NCBI RefSeq assembly: GCF_021028975.2 | Contig: NC_059430.1 | Coordinates: 44,268,001 to 44,332,000, forward strand | Direction: 5' to 3' | Length of the DNA: 64,000 nucleotides | Source of the DNA: Sphaerodactylus townsendi | Taxonomy: Eukaryota | Notes under the pieces: model-generated | What the model was told of the DNA's origin: nothing | The model's input: only the letters and a program-made list of their open reading frames with translations | The model's database searches: none | Translations under genes and position numbers: made by a program | Shown here: piece after piece, positions 1 through 11,836 of the stretch | Position numbering within the stretch: the first letter of the stretch is position 1 | Layout: the number at the start of each line of letters is the position of its first letter

Positions 1-105
1 TTGCTCTTGCTCCACACGATCATCATTGGGATGTACCTGGTACGGGTCAAAGATGAGCTTCCTGCGGGACAGTTCGTTCCAGTAAAGAGCATCCTGTATG
101 TTTAA
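1..105 (+). CDS. TMEM140: 3' end of a membrane-protein ORF, probably TMEM140 (partial, enters from outside the window)
   Basis: Frame 1 reads LLLLHTIIIGMYLVRVKDELPAGQFVPVKSILYV-TAA(103-105): a hydrophobic helix end plus a short tail like TMEM140's. It lies convergent with CYREN, as in the amniote TMEM140-CYREN-WDR91-STRA8 block. The call rests largely on synteny. Confidence 0.55.
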   Translation: MLLLHTIIIGMYLVRVKDELPAGQFVPVKSILYV

Positions 106-2159
106 TTACCAAATTCATGCATTTGTGTTAGGCAGTATGTTTAAAGTGCCTTTTGAGCAACACCTGCGCATCGGTATATGTATTCCACTGAGTCAGGTTA
201 GATGTTAAGTTGCTCTGGGAAATGTGATTTTGCAAGTTAATTAGTTTTGCACTTGGTTTTTCTGAAAGCGGCAGAAGCCAACACTTGGACACATTTTTGC
301 ACATGGAAATAGTCATCTGCAAAGATTGTCAGTTTAAAAATTACACATGAATATTCGTTGTTTTCTTCACCTTTCCTCCAATAGCTTGCTTTGGGGAAAA
401 CATGGCTTATAAGTGGCAGAGAGGAAACAATCTGGGTTGCAGTTAAAGCATCCACTCATCCAACAGATTCCTCTGCTTGGCTCACCAAACACCGTGATGG
501 GCAGCATAAGTAGGTGTATTCAGCAGGGTTGCCTTTCTGGGTCCCAAAAGAGCGGACTATGAAATAGTGTTCTTGTATAGGATGAGCACACCAGGAGAGA
601 TGTGCTCGGGAGAGATACTCCAATATATTACCTTCTGTCTGCTGTTCTAGAGCAGAAAGGTTGCTTGGTTTGTATTGTAAATGGAACAGGGAAAATATAC
701 CCTCTCAGAGAATAATAGTGCATTTTACATTAACAGCAGATAACTATGTGGCATTTTCTTGGAAGTGTACAAGCTTGCCTTTGTGTCTAATCTGGCAGTC
801 CTTGCACTTTCACAAATCACCAAGCGATAACAAGCTTTTACGAGCTGGGCCCCACCAAAGACTGCCATTACTTGAGATCACTATCATCCCTCCCCCCTCT
901 CCTCTGGCATAGTCTTTTCCTGTTTGTGGTGGAGTGTGGGGAAGTTAACCAATGGTAGGAGCTGCCTTTTTGGCTGCTTGGAAAAGACTGCTGTTGTCTC
1001 TTTGCTTCTCCTAATGAGAGCTCTGGGGAGAGGATTTCTCTGTAGCTGGGCAAACAAATTTGAAGGCTGTTTTTGTGCTAAAAAAAACCTATCAGCATCA
1101 GGGATTGTTTGAAAAGGATAAAACTACAGGTTAAGCAGCACAGTGTTCTATTACTTCCATGTTTAGCAAGTGATTGCCATAATTCATACTGTTTTCAGTT
1201 GATACGGTTGTGTTCTCTAATGTTTAAACCAAAAAAATGACAGTTTACTATTGTTAGGTACACTAACTTTGCTGCCATTTTCAGTTAGTTGGAATGCTGG
1301 TTAAACATTTTAAAGGAAAATTGGCTGATATTTCTGTTTAGTCTCACCATTCAACAAACAGAATTTGTGACTATGAAAAAAACCAAATTATGGCAGGCAA
1401 AGGAGCTCTACTATAGGCTCAAAAAGATGTTCAAGAAATATGAGATGCAAACGTGAATAGGACCATTTCCTCTCAAATCCAGTTAGGATCAGGTTGTAAC
1501 TAGTTAAGGCTTTTCTTGAAAAAAATCTTATATGTTCCAAGCATACAGCTGATCTTGGTTTGGTAACTGATAATACTACCACCTTGATTTATCTATATGC
1601 TGACAAGTAGTCATTGCTCCATAATGAAGGAAGCTTTTCTTTCCCTTTCTTGTGAACAATTTGAAAAGACCCAACCTCTTTCATCTTTTCAGTATAAATG
1701 ACCTAGTCACATTGCAGATTCAAAACAAAAACTTGTTCTCTTGAGAAAAAAATGTTCAAATAAAAGTCTTGTTCACCATTATGTGATATGCTGTGTTTGG
1801 TTTTTTAGAAGCAGAACAAATTTCAGATTGAAGAATTTCTGTAACATTTTGTAGTGGCATTATACATTCTCTGTAATTTTTACAGGGCTGGTTGTGTGTT
1901 CGGTCAATAATTTGCAGGGCTGATTCATACACAGGATGACAATGCATAAGTCTCTGAATCGTGGGCTCTCAATTCCCATGCATGTGGTACCTGATTAGGC
2001 TTCGGTCTCCACACACACTTCTCCCAATTTGAAACTGTCCCAGGAAGTTGGCGGTGGGGGGACGCTCCGACAAGAGGGCCTGCTGGAGAAATGTACTGTT
2101 TCAGCTCAGGGAAACAGTGCTGAAGCAATGCTTAAGTCCCTTCTCCACACACACTATAG

Positions 2160-2808
2160 CAGTGGTGGTGAACCTATGGCACGGGTGCCAGAGGTGGCAC
2201 TCAGAACCCTCTCTGTGGGCACGCGTACACAGAGTTCATCATGTGATAATAGTGTAATTATTTCAGGGAGATTATTAGCATTAAACCTAAAACCTAGTTT
2301 TGGGGAAGCAGTGTAGGCAACCCTGTTAAGCGCTGTTAAACCCTACTGATTTTCATGGGAAGAACGAAAGCATGATCCTTTACCTGGGAGTAAGCTCGGT
2401 TGCTGGCAATGGGGTTTGCTTCTGAGTAAACCCTCCTAGGGTCGTGATTCACCTGTTCAAAGCATTGCACAGTTGCTTTAAAGCAAAGCCACCGACTACC
2501 ACCAAGCTTACTCTTGAGCAGGGGTCTTCAAACTATGGCCCTCCAGATGTTCAGGAACTACAATTCCCATCAGCCCTGCTACTTGGCCATGCTGGCAGAG
2601 GCTGATGGGAATTGTAGTTCCTGAACGTCTGGAGGGCCATAGTTTGAAGACCTCTGCTCTTGAGTAACGTGCGCCTTGGAGCCAACCATTTTTTCTATAC
2701 TAAAACCTCAGTATTCAGGTTAAATTGCCATGTTGGCACTTTGCGATAAATAAATGGGTTTTGGGTTGCAGTTTGGGCACTCGGTCTCGAAAAGGTTCGC
2801 CATCACTG
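2160..2808 (+). mobile_element. Non-autonomous hAT DNA transposon hosting a nested MITE
   Basis: TIRs CAGTGGTGGTGAACCT / AGGTTCGCCATCACTG; exact 8-bp TSD CACTATAG (2152-2159, 2809-2816). Confidence 0.9.
2519..2656. mobile_element. Palindromic hAT MITE nested in the element above
   Basis: Near-perfect 138-bp palindrome; TIR CAGGGGTCTTCAAAC; TSD CTCTTGAG (2511-2518, 2657-2664). Confidence 0.92.
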
Positions 2809-4852
2809 CACTATAGACTGGAAACTATGTGTGGGAATAACTGAGAACCTGCAACTTGCATCTGTTACATGGTGGGAATCCCAAACTCCACGGGTGTACT
2901 GTGCAATGCATGAGATAGCGAATATGGTACTTCTCAACACCTACATCACAACGTTGATCATTTCATCAAGCAACAGCAACCACATAGCTTGTTTAAACAT
3001 TATTTTCTTACACCAAGATCAGCCCAAAGAACAATTTTTAAAGAGGCAATGCCCAAAATATGAGTTTCCAGGGATTCTGATACTTTTGTTAGGTACAACT
3101 TTTCACAAGATGGGAGAAGCTGTACACGTTTAATACTTCTACATTGATGTCTTGTGTTACGTTACATTGAACATGGCAACATATTAACTGGAATTAATTA
3201 GCTCGAACGGGTTCTAAGCAAACTGACTACAAACACCCTATTCTTTATGGGAACATGTTTTCATGTAGGTTGTCTAATGTTCATTTTCCATCATAGTATG
3301 TGTCTTTCCAGCTGAAATACAAAGATAAATATCTAGTGACAACTACGTGCTGAAAGGGAAGATCAGGATGTTCTAGTCAGTGGTCTTTACAGTAAGAGTT
3401 CAGTATGGAGGAGTCACGCTGTAAGCTAGTACTGATGGAGCAAGCTGTAAAAAATGTAGATTCTGTAGGATATTTGTGGTACATTACAGTATTCATTTCC
3501 TTGGTAATCTTTTCCTTAACTAGAATCTGTATGTTTGCCAGAGTCACAGGCTGGAGAAATTAAAATCACCATCTGTTATTTTCTTAAGTTGGCTATAGCA
3601 TATCTTTTGCTCTTTAGTGTTTTAGAAAAACCAGTTTGTACCTTAGATGATCAGTTTAAAGTACTCTATGCAGAAAAGCAATTAAAACGTTATAGGCATA
3701 TTTTATTCTGTACTTAAGTAGCTGTCTACAGAGACCAGCAAAATAGCTGCGAATAAGCCAGAAAAACCTATACCATTTCATGATCTGCATGTAACAATGG
3801 CCTTGAGGTGCAGAGGTTAGTCATTCCATGCCAGATCAACAAACACTAGGGTTGCATAACAGTTGAGGATATTGTTAAAATTATGCCCTTGCATGTGCTG
3901 CAATGAATCTACAGCCAAAACAATAAAAAACCCTTAAGCACTGATAGCATGGCTACAGCCCTCCAAATATAATTCAAGCTTACATTTCCCATGAGTCATG
4001 CTTCTTATTGTTGCCACAGAATGAAATATGCTCTACTTACAAAAGGCATTAAAGGCCTTATTTTCAAGCTCAAAACCTCTTGCAGCAATTTCAGTGTGCC
4101 AAAGTTAGCAGGACTGTAGCAGTAACTGCAAGTAAAATCACAACAAAGGAGAGTTTGGATTTATACCCCACTTTTCTCAATCATAAGAAGTCTTACAAAA
4201 CTTCCCTTTCCCTACAGCAGGAGAAAGGGCCACCTCCTCTACTGTAGAATAAAATGAGGCTGCCGGACTTCATGAGACACTTGTTTTAAAATAACTATCA
4301 AGCTTGGGTGAAATTAATCTCTGCAACAGTAAGAAGGCCATGCCCACTGAACTTCCTTCTACCTAAGAACCCTTCAAGGAACAGATTGCTTTCTAGCCTG
4401 GCATCTGGCATTCTTAGAATGAAGGCAGAGGGGCCTAGTAGGATAAGGAGCTGGGAGCAGTCCAGATTGGTGGTGGGGCAAGGAAACCCCTCAACATTCT
4501 CAGATAGATGCTGTCCAGCGGAGTGAACAACTGCAAACCCGGATTAAGGGCAGACTCTAGTTTGAGGCAGGGCGGCTTGGGATGGAGCCTTGAGCAAAAC
4601 CTCACAGATCTTCCTTGCAGTGGAACAAGAAGCAAGACTGCATGTGAGAAACTTCCACTATCGTTATTCTTTAGCAGTACAGTTCAGTTATTAAAATCCA
4701 ATGAACAAGCAGCGTGCACAAAGAACCTGGAAAAATATGTGGTTATGACATAGCACTCTGGCTACATATTTGCCATCTGCTGTCACCACAAGGTTGCCCT
4801 CATGCCTCAAAACACCCTTAATCACCAGAATGTAGAGAATTAAGCTTGCAAG

Positions 4853-7185
4853 CTAAGTAAAGAAGATCTCCCTGACAAATTTTAAAGCATCATCATCTTC
4901 ATCTGGTTTAGTTTTTTTGTTGCAGGCTGAAACTGACAATTTGTTCAGAGTCTCGGATTCATTCCCATGGCTCTGGGCCCCTGCGTCACCGCATCCACTC
5001 ACTGAAGTCCACTGAGGATCTACCATTACTTGCTGAGGCTCTTGGGCTTCATCTTCCGATGATGTCATCTCCACTTCTCTGCCCTTGGATTTCTAGTAAA
5101 TAAAGTAAACACACATATGTGCATGTTCCTGCAGGTGAGGGGCAACCCTCAGAACTACATAGTTCTTCCACATCCCCTAAGAAGTATTGGTAAGACATTG
5201 ATATCTACCATACTGGTTCCAATTTTAAAAATTAAAATGGATTCTCTGTGCCCTTAAAAAAAGAGTTGATTTTTATACCCAACTTAACCTTTAAGGAGTC
5301 TCAAAGTGGTTTACAATCACCTTCCTTCTCCCCACAACCGACACCTTGTGAGGTAGGTGGAGCTGAAAGTTTTCTGAGAAAACGAGCTAGCCCAGTGGTT
5401 CTCAACCTGGGGGTTGGGACCCCTTTGGGGGTCGAACGACCCTTTCACAGGGATCGCCTAAGACTCTGCATCAGTGTTCTCCATCTGTAAAAAGGATAAA
5501 TGTTAGGGTTGGGGGTCACCACAACATGAGGAACTGTATTAAAGGGTTGTGGCATCAGGAATCTTGAGAACCACTGAGCTAGCCCAAGGTCACCCAGCAG
5601 GCTTCATGTGTAGGACTGGGTTCTCCAGATTAGTTTGCCACAAAAACAAACCTGTAGTCCCTAAATTTGACAACAGAGAGGTGGATCAGCAAAAGGAACT
5701 TCCACTGCTTAGGCCCACTCCTGTCTGTGTTTTCAGAGAGCGAGGTCTCTTGGGGCAAGAATCTTAGGCAAGTGGCAACCTCCACAGTCAGATAAGGGAA
5801 AGGAGCAAGGAGCCACCAGGATGAGAATGATATAAACTGCTATGAGTCCCCGCAGGGGAGGAAGGAGAGCTGCAAAGTAAATAGATGCTCACCTCTGCCA
5901 GAACACACAGGGCTGCATCTACCAGCTCTGCTTCATTCATACAATAGACAGTCTCAGTCCTACAGAGAGAAAAATATCACATGCTGAAGCCTGAAGTATA
6001 CAATAAGTAAGGGAAAATTTGGCTGCAGCAAGCAGAAAACAGCAGGTGGAAGAATGTTACATTTCCCAGATTACATCTTTGATCTCTCCTAGTCAGTTAT
6101 AATCACTGTAACTAGCGCTTGGAAAGAAGGGTAAAGATTGTCTGAAATAGATTTATTAATTATTGTTAATGCTCTCCAACTTTGTCCTTAACTATGGCTC
6201 CATTCCTGTCTCCCTATTATTCTTCTGTTTTCTGCTGCACTGAACCATCATGCACAAGAATCCACTTTTAATCATTTCCCCTGGCCCTGCAATTGTGGGT
6301 GTGTGCAGGGAGAGAATGACATTTGGCATATAATAAACCTTATTTTACCTTCATAATCTCCTAAACCAATGGAAGGATAGTTTGTCCAGGGTATTGTCCT
6401 TTTACCATTAGTTCTGGTGCTATATCACTTCCATCCATTTGGAGCACCACTATTTGGAGGGCACTAGCACAGTACATGGTGGCAGAGGAGTATCGGAGGG
6501 AAACAGCGCCCAGAGACAACTCTGGGCACCTCCCTGCCCCCGGCCTCTGTGCAGGCTGGCTTTTGAAAGCACAGAGGCTGGGGGTGTGCCCCCCTGTCCC
6601 TAGAGGCTGGCTCACGCTCTCCCCAGGCCATGGGGAGGGCAAAATCTGGGCTGAAGGAAGCCTGGAAGGGTGGGGTACTGCCGCTGCCAGTCATGGAGCT
6701 CTGCCCCCCCATCGCATCCCTGGAGGCCGGCTCCTGCTCTCCCCAGGGCCTGCAGAAGCCAGGCTGCAAGGAGCCCGGGAGGGCAGGGGGCTGCCCCCCA
6801 CCACAGAGCTCCCCTCCACGTCCCTGGAGGCTGGCTCCTGCACTCTCCACATCCTGGAGCGGGGCGGGGTGCCACGCCATTTCATCACGTGATCAAAAGG
6901 AGTGCACCCAGGGACATGGGTGTCCCCATGTCCCTAGAGCAGTACACCCCTGCATGGTGGCAACTTTCCTCAAACAACAGTTCCTTACTGTCTGTCTCTG
7001 CTGAGAATTTTCAAGCCTCCATGCAAGCAGCGGGGCCAAACTCCTCACACAAATAACTCTTACCTTGTCCAAACTTTTTTTCTTCTCTTTCTCCTCATTT
7101 CTGCCCACTTTTGCGCAGGTTCAGTCCTCCTCTCTGTCATCCATGCTGGGAGGATCCGCTTCTTTGCTGCTTCAGAAGTTTCCAT
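4853..7185 (-). CDS. CYREN: CYREN/MRI (C7orf49), cell cycle regulator of NHEJ; 142 aa
   Basis: Coding exons 7185-7064, 5959-5893 and 5092-4853, all GT-AG with consistent phases. N-terminal Ku-binding motif KKRILPAWM, central RTETVYCMNEAELVDAALCVL, C-terminal XLF-like motif DDALKFVREIFFT-stop. Confidence 0.93.
5262..5635 (-). mobile_element. CORE/L2-tail tRNA SINE (Squam3-like) interrupted by a SPIN MITE
   Basis: Matches the other copies in the window (ccccacaac..acacc.tgtgaggtaggt..gctga...ctagcccaaggtcacccagc). Confidence 0.75.
5393..5576. mobile_element. SPIN (Space Invaders)/URR1-like non-autonomous hAT element
   Basis: CAGTGGTTCTCAACC...TTGAGAACCACTG ends; internal GACCCCTTTGGGGGTCGAACGACCCTTTCACAGGG and GGTTGGGGGTCACCACAACATGAGGAACTGTATTAAAGGG as I recall from SPIN_NA/URR1; TSD AGCTAGCC (5385-5392, 5577-5584). 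Confidence 0.85.
6483..6952. mobile_element. GC-rich non-autonomous hAT-like element in a CYREN intron
   Basis: Imperfect TIRs CAGAGGAGTA / TACACCCCTG; exact TSD CATGGTGG (6475-6482, 6953-6960); internal repeats of CCCT(G/A)GAGGC(T/C)GGCTC. Confidence 0.8.
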
Positions 7186-7879
7186 CTCTGATTCAAGAAG
7201 AAACAAACCAGGGGAAAACTTAAGAGAGTTTGGGTGGTTTGTGCTAGGTAGCACCATGCCTATCAGGGTGCATCCCAGGGCAGGGACTGGTTATCTTCAC
7301 ATATTCCTGACTCTCCTATGCTCACAATCAGTATTTGAGCCGGAAACTAACTGCCCTGCTGCCATAAAACACATGTACTGCTCCAGTAGGGATTATAATC
7401 CATGTTTCTGTGCAGAATGCAGGAATGGCAATGAGTACAGATCAACAAGACACAGGTAGACTTGAAGTGACAGCAGGGGAGATTTGATTGGGCAGATTGC
7501 TTAGCTTGCAATGTTTACAGGCAGAGGCTGTGTGGCTTTACCACAGAAGCAGGAGATGGGCAGGATTTTTTCTGACTTCCCAAAGTTTACCTAAATACAG
7601 CTGGTTTGCACTGAATTCTATAACGAAACGGAGTGCAAAAGTTATGTTCTTGGTGTTTAAAAAGAGCTATTAAATTCTTATTATTATTTCTGCTGGTCAA
7701 GGGCATTTCAACCTATGGAGGGGCTCTTTAATCTTTTCCAGCAAGAAACCTCTCAACAAAACCTTCCTTACTTCCTCCGTAAATCCAGCACCTTGGCACA
7801 GCCCGTTCAGTCCCTTGTAGGAGGTGCAATGAGGGACTCAGCAAGGCCTCTCGCCTCCGGCACTGAGCGCAAGAGGCAA

Positions 7880-8170
7880 ACCTTCAGTCCCCGCCAGGAC
7901 AGACGCCGGTCTCAGAATTGCTGCAGGAAAAACACACACAAACCCGGAAGGAAGCAAAGCCATGTGGATTAAGGATCGCCTTCCCCGCACAAAGGCGGCA
8001 ATGGGTTCCACCTTGGCTTGTGTCCATTGGCTGGCAAGAGCCGCTTTAAGACGGAAGGGCCAATAGAAATGTAGCTCTACGATTCTCCGCCCCCGAGTCG
8101 AATCGTTCTGTGGCTGCCAGTGGGGGCGCAGGATCCTTAAATGAATCGGTTAAATTCTCCCCCGTCGACG
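7880..8170 (-). promoter_or_regulatory. CYREN promoter and probable non-coding first exon (CpG-rich)
   Basis: Local CpG enrichment; ETS-type CCGGAAG at ~7944; CCAAT boxes at ~8025 and ~8060; GC box at ~8087; candidate donor GAAG|GTTTGC at ~7880 on the minus strand. Confidence 0.6.
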
Positions 8171-8278
8171 GCAAAAACAATGTAAATCATGTAAGATGTT
8201 GAACCAGAATGAAGGAGGAGTCCGGTAGCAGCGCCTTAAAGACAACAGAGTTTTGTCGAAGGATTTCACGGCCGAACT

Positions 8279-8507
8279 GGTTGTGGGTTTTTTTCCGGGC
8301 TGAGTGGCAGTGGTCTGGTGGCTCTTCTTCCTAACGTTTCGCCTGCATCTGTGGCTGGCATCTTCAGAGGTGTATCACAGAGGGAAGTCTGTTACACACT
8401 GTGTCCTGTGGTGCACCTCTGAAGATGCCAGCCACAGATGCAGGCGAAACGTTAGGAACAAGAGCCACCAGACCACGGCCACTCAGCCCGGAAAAACCCT
8501 CACAACC
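8279..8507. mobile_element. Penelope-like element remnant: inverted pseudo-LTR pair with two minimal hammerhead-ribozyme cores
   Basis: ~102-bp arms (8279-8380, 8406-8507). The plus arm carries CCT-CTGAAGA-TGCC...GGC-GAAAC-GTT-AGG; the mirror copy is on the minus strand. Confidence 0.8.
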
Positions 8508-9539
8508 AACAAGAATTTATTCCTGCCTAAGAGAAGACGAGCCAAAAAACATGTTCTTTGCAAACTTCCGAGTTCTCCAGACTTTTCATTAAAAAGAGAA
8601 AAGCGGGAGAGAGGGTCATTTATTTTGGGCTTCTCTGCCCAGATCTTGTATGGAAAGACAACGAGGCTCCGGAAGGGGTTAACTGTCAAGGTTGCACCCT
8701 TGCTTGACTTGCTTATTTAGTATATTTTCCTCCCACCTTTCCAGTGGCATACATCTTTCTGTCTTTCATCTTACAGCCCTGGCAGGTAAATTAGGCTTGT
8801 GGTACCATTCCCAGGCCACTCAAGGAGCTTCCATGGTAGTGAGAATTTATAACCTGGGTATCCCAGAATCTAATCCAGCACTAACCCCTTCAGAACACTG
8901 TCCAAAAACATAGCATGTGTGTTGTTCAGTTGCACCCTTACTATGCTGGAAACAAACAAACAAAACCCAGAACCCACAGTTCCCTTCAAAGAGCCAAAAA
9001 CAAAGAGAAAAATGAATAGTCTTTATATTAACATAATAAATAATGGTTCATTTTAATTGAGGCACAAAGTGAACTGAGGATAATTATAATGTTCTGAAGC
9101 ATCTTCTCAAGATATTTTTCATTTACTAAGTCCAAATATTCCCAAAGTAGGGGAAAATTACAAAAATAAAAGTCATATATAACATCTTTCTGTGGGGACC
9201 AAAATACCACACAATTATGCAAGTTTTTGAACTCCACAGAACTTTTCATCAAGTTAGTTCTGTACAAAACAAAATGGGGGGATGACCGATAGTTTGAGTT
9301 ATAGTGTAATCATCACTGTGCAATCGTTACACTTTTATCCTGTGATACTGCCAGCATCCTGGTGAGTAAATCATATCTATTCATTTCAATATAAACAACT
9401 TGAATGCAGAAATAATTACTGAAACAATTACTACTATAAAGTGATTTATAGTTTTGTCTTATTCTGTTGTTTTATTTGCTAACTCTTTATAAGGTTTTAT
9501 TTGTTTTCTGCCATCAAGTCACATTCTCTGTGTAGTAAC

Positions 9540-9600
9540 CCTAGCCTATCATTCAAATACTAACCAGGGGTGACCCTACTTAGCTTACAAGATCAGGTTA
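9540..9600 (-). mobile_element. 5S rRNA-derived SINE head fragment
   Basis: The reverse strand resembles the 5S internal promoter (gatct..aagctaag.agggtc.cccctggttagta.ttg.atg). Confidence 0.55.
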
Positions 9601-9944
9601 TCTAGTTCAGGGGATGAATAATTTTTCTGGTGTTATTCTATCTAGTGTATTGGCTGCTAGCTGTTTATAGTTTGCTGTGTGTAATGAAATCATTGTAAGC
9701 CACCTCCAGCATATTAATACATGCTGTTCAAGAATAAATGTCAGACTAACTTTATCTCCTTTTTTGAAAGAGTTATAGGGATCCCTGTCCGATGTAAAAC
9801 CACAAAACCCTTGCTAACAGCTGCTTGAGTAATAGCTGGAAAATTCCAAATACAGAAATTGGGAGAACAAAGTAAGAGAGTATGCTACAATGGCTAAACA
9901 AGTCTTATAAAGAGACAGTCAAAGCATGAGTTCGATGAGAACTA

Positions 9945-11077
9945 GGAATTCAGGATGAGCTAAACAGGCTAGAAAAGTAGGTTAAAGAAAACAAAATGAA
10001 TTTCTTCAGAGATAAATGTAAAATTCTACATTTAGGTAGCAAAAATCAAATTCACAGTGAGAATGCAGATTTGTCTTGGCAGTAGCATATCTGAAAAGAA
10101 TCTAGGGATCTTCGTAGATCACACACTGAACATGTCAGCAGTGTGATATTGTAGCTAAAATGGCAAATGAGATGTATAAATGTATGTATAGTGTCCAAAT
10201 CCCATAAAATGATAGCATCGCTTTACTCTGTTCCAGTTAGACCTTACTTGGAGTGCTGCGTTCAGTTTTGGACACCACAGTTTAAGAATAATGTTGGTAA
10301 ACTGCAATTTGTTCAGAGGAGGGTAACAAAGGTAGAGAGAGGTCTGGAGACCAAGTCTTATGAGGAAAGGTTGAAGGAGCTCAGTGTGTTTAGCCCAGAG
10401 AGAAGACAGTTGAGAGATGATATGGTAGCCATCTTCAAATGTCTGAACAGTGTCTTCTGTTGCCCCTAGGTGTGTGCAAAAAAAATTCAGTGAAGTTCAG
10501 ATTCTGTTCTAGTGGACCTGAATTTTTTTTTTGTAAACTCAGATACTCCTTAATCCCCATATCAGGAATATCCGGATTCTGTCCCCCCCCCCCCCCCCCA
10601 AATTGTGTCTGCTTTTTTACTCCCTTTAAAGTACTGCCATTTCACCCTATTTTTCACCTAAAATCATTCCAGAACCAACCAGCTGAAATTAAATCAAAAT
10701 GAGTTACTGGCTAAACATTAGGAAGACTTTTCAGACATTTAGAGTGGTTCCTCAATTAAACAAGACTTAGGTCAGTGCCCCTGGAGGTTTTTGAGCAGAA
10801 GCTAGACAGCCATCTGATAGCCAGGCTGATTCTGTGAACTTAGGCAACTGATGAGAGGGAGGAGAGAGAGGGATCAGTTAGTGTTTGGCTTTTCTGGCCC
10901 TTTCTTATATGCCCAGAGTAAAGCTGATTGCCACTTTCAGGTCAGGAAGGAATTTTCATCCACACCAAGGGCTCCTGGAGGTTTTCTGTCTTCTTCAGTG
11001 GGGGAGTAGCTGTGCAAACTTCCTGCATTGTTCAGAGGGCTCGACTTGATGACTCTTAAGGTCCCTTCCAACTCTGT
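9945..11077 (+). mobile_element. CR1 LINE 3' fragment (degenerate RT C-terminus and 3' UTR), interrupted at ~10451-10700
   Basis: Translates to CR1 ORF2-like VRPYLECCVQFWTPQFK...QRRVTK...YEERLKELSVFS; CR1 tail GGTCCCTTCCAACTCTG at ~11060. Confidence 0.85.
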
Positions 11078-11836
11078 TTTTATTAGAGAATGCAGGTGCG
11101 CTTTTCAATTAATAACCCTAAACTTGCTGGCTGCTAAGACTTTTAGCATAATGCAGTCTCTCTCCCTGCAATCCAGCCCATGAAAGCCTTCTGTGTCTCT
11201 ATGAGGCTCTTAACAGCACAACTACGGAGCAGTGGAGCATTTTCACCCTCCCATTGCAGTTACTACACGTTAGATACTAAGGCGATGCATTGCCACTGGA
11301 GAAGCCACAAGGCTTCAGAATTTCCTCAACAGATGGAAGTGAAACAATGGGCAATTCCGCAGAGACCCCAGAAAAACCATTTCTTAAAGCTACAGAAGAG
11401 GTACACGTACACCACTCACAGATGCAATTCGAACATGTTCTTTTAATAAGAAATACAGGAGCAGACATAAAATACTGTCAGGTTTTGTACAGCCATTTGT
11501 TCTCAGCTGGAGCCTCTGCAGGTCTGCATCCTACCTTGGCACTGTCCCGGAGGTTTATGGCCATGTGCTACTAGGAGGCCCAGGAAGAGAAGGGGCCAAG
11601 CCTCCCTGGAAAGAGCTTGGATATCAGTGCACATCTACTAACAGCATAATTTGTTTACGGCAGCTGCTGCAACTTGAAGTGACCTAATTGGCAGTGATTT
11701 GGCATCAACAGTAAGTCGTTGCTAACCTAGAGGAGAACGTAATGCAAAGAGAAGTTCTCTCCTCTGCAGTGTAGCTTGGATCTAAATGGTTAATACTGAT
11801 CTTGAAAAGAAAGTTTCCCCATGACCACAGTTCTCT

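Noticed and set aside
1-96. Minus-strand open frame after an AG (DALYWNELSRRKLIFDPYQ...)
   Set aside because: Matches no protein I recognise; the plus frame fits the expected TMEM140 C-terminus and synteny better.
6361-7056. Cluster of overlapping 90-140 aa ORFs
   Set aside because: By-product of the GC-rich TSD-bounded element at 6483-6952; no protein motifs.
10167-10469. Functional reverse transcriptase gene
   Set aside because: Short, 5'-truncated and interrupted CR1 remnant.
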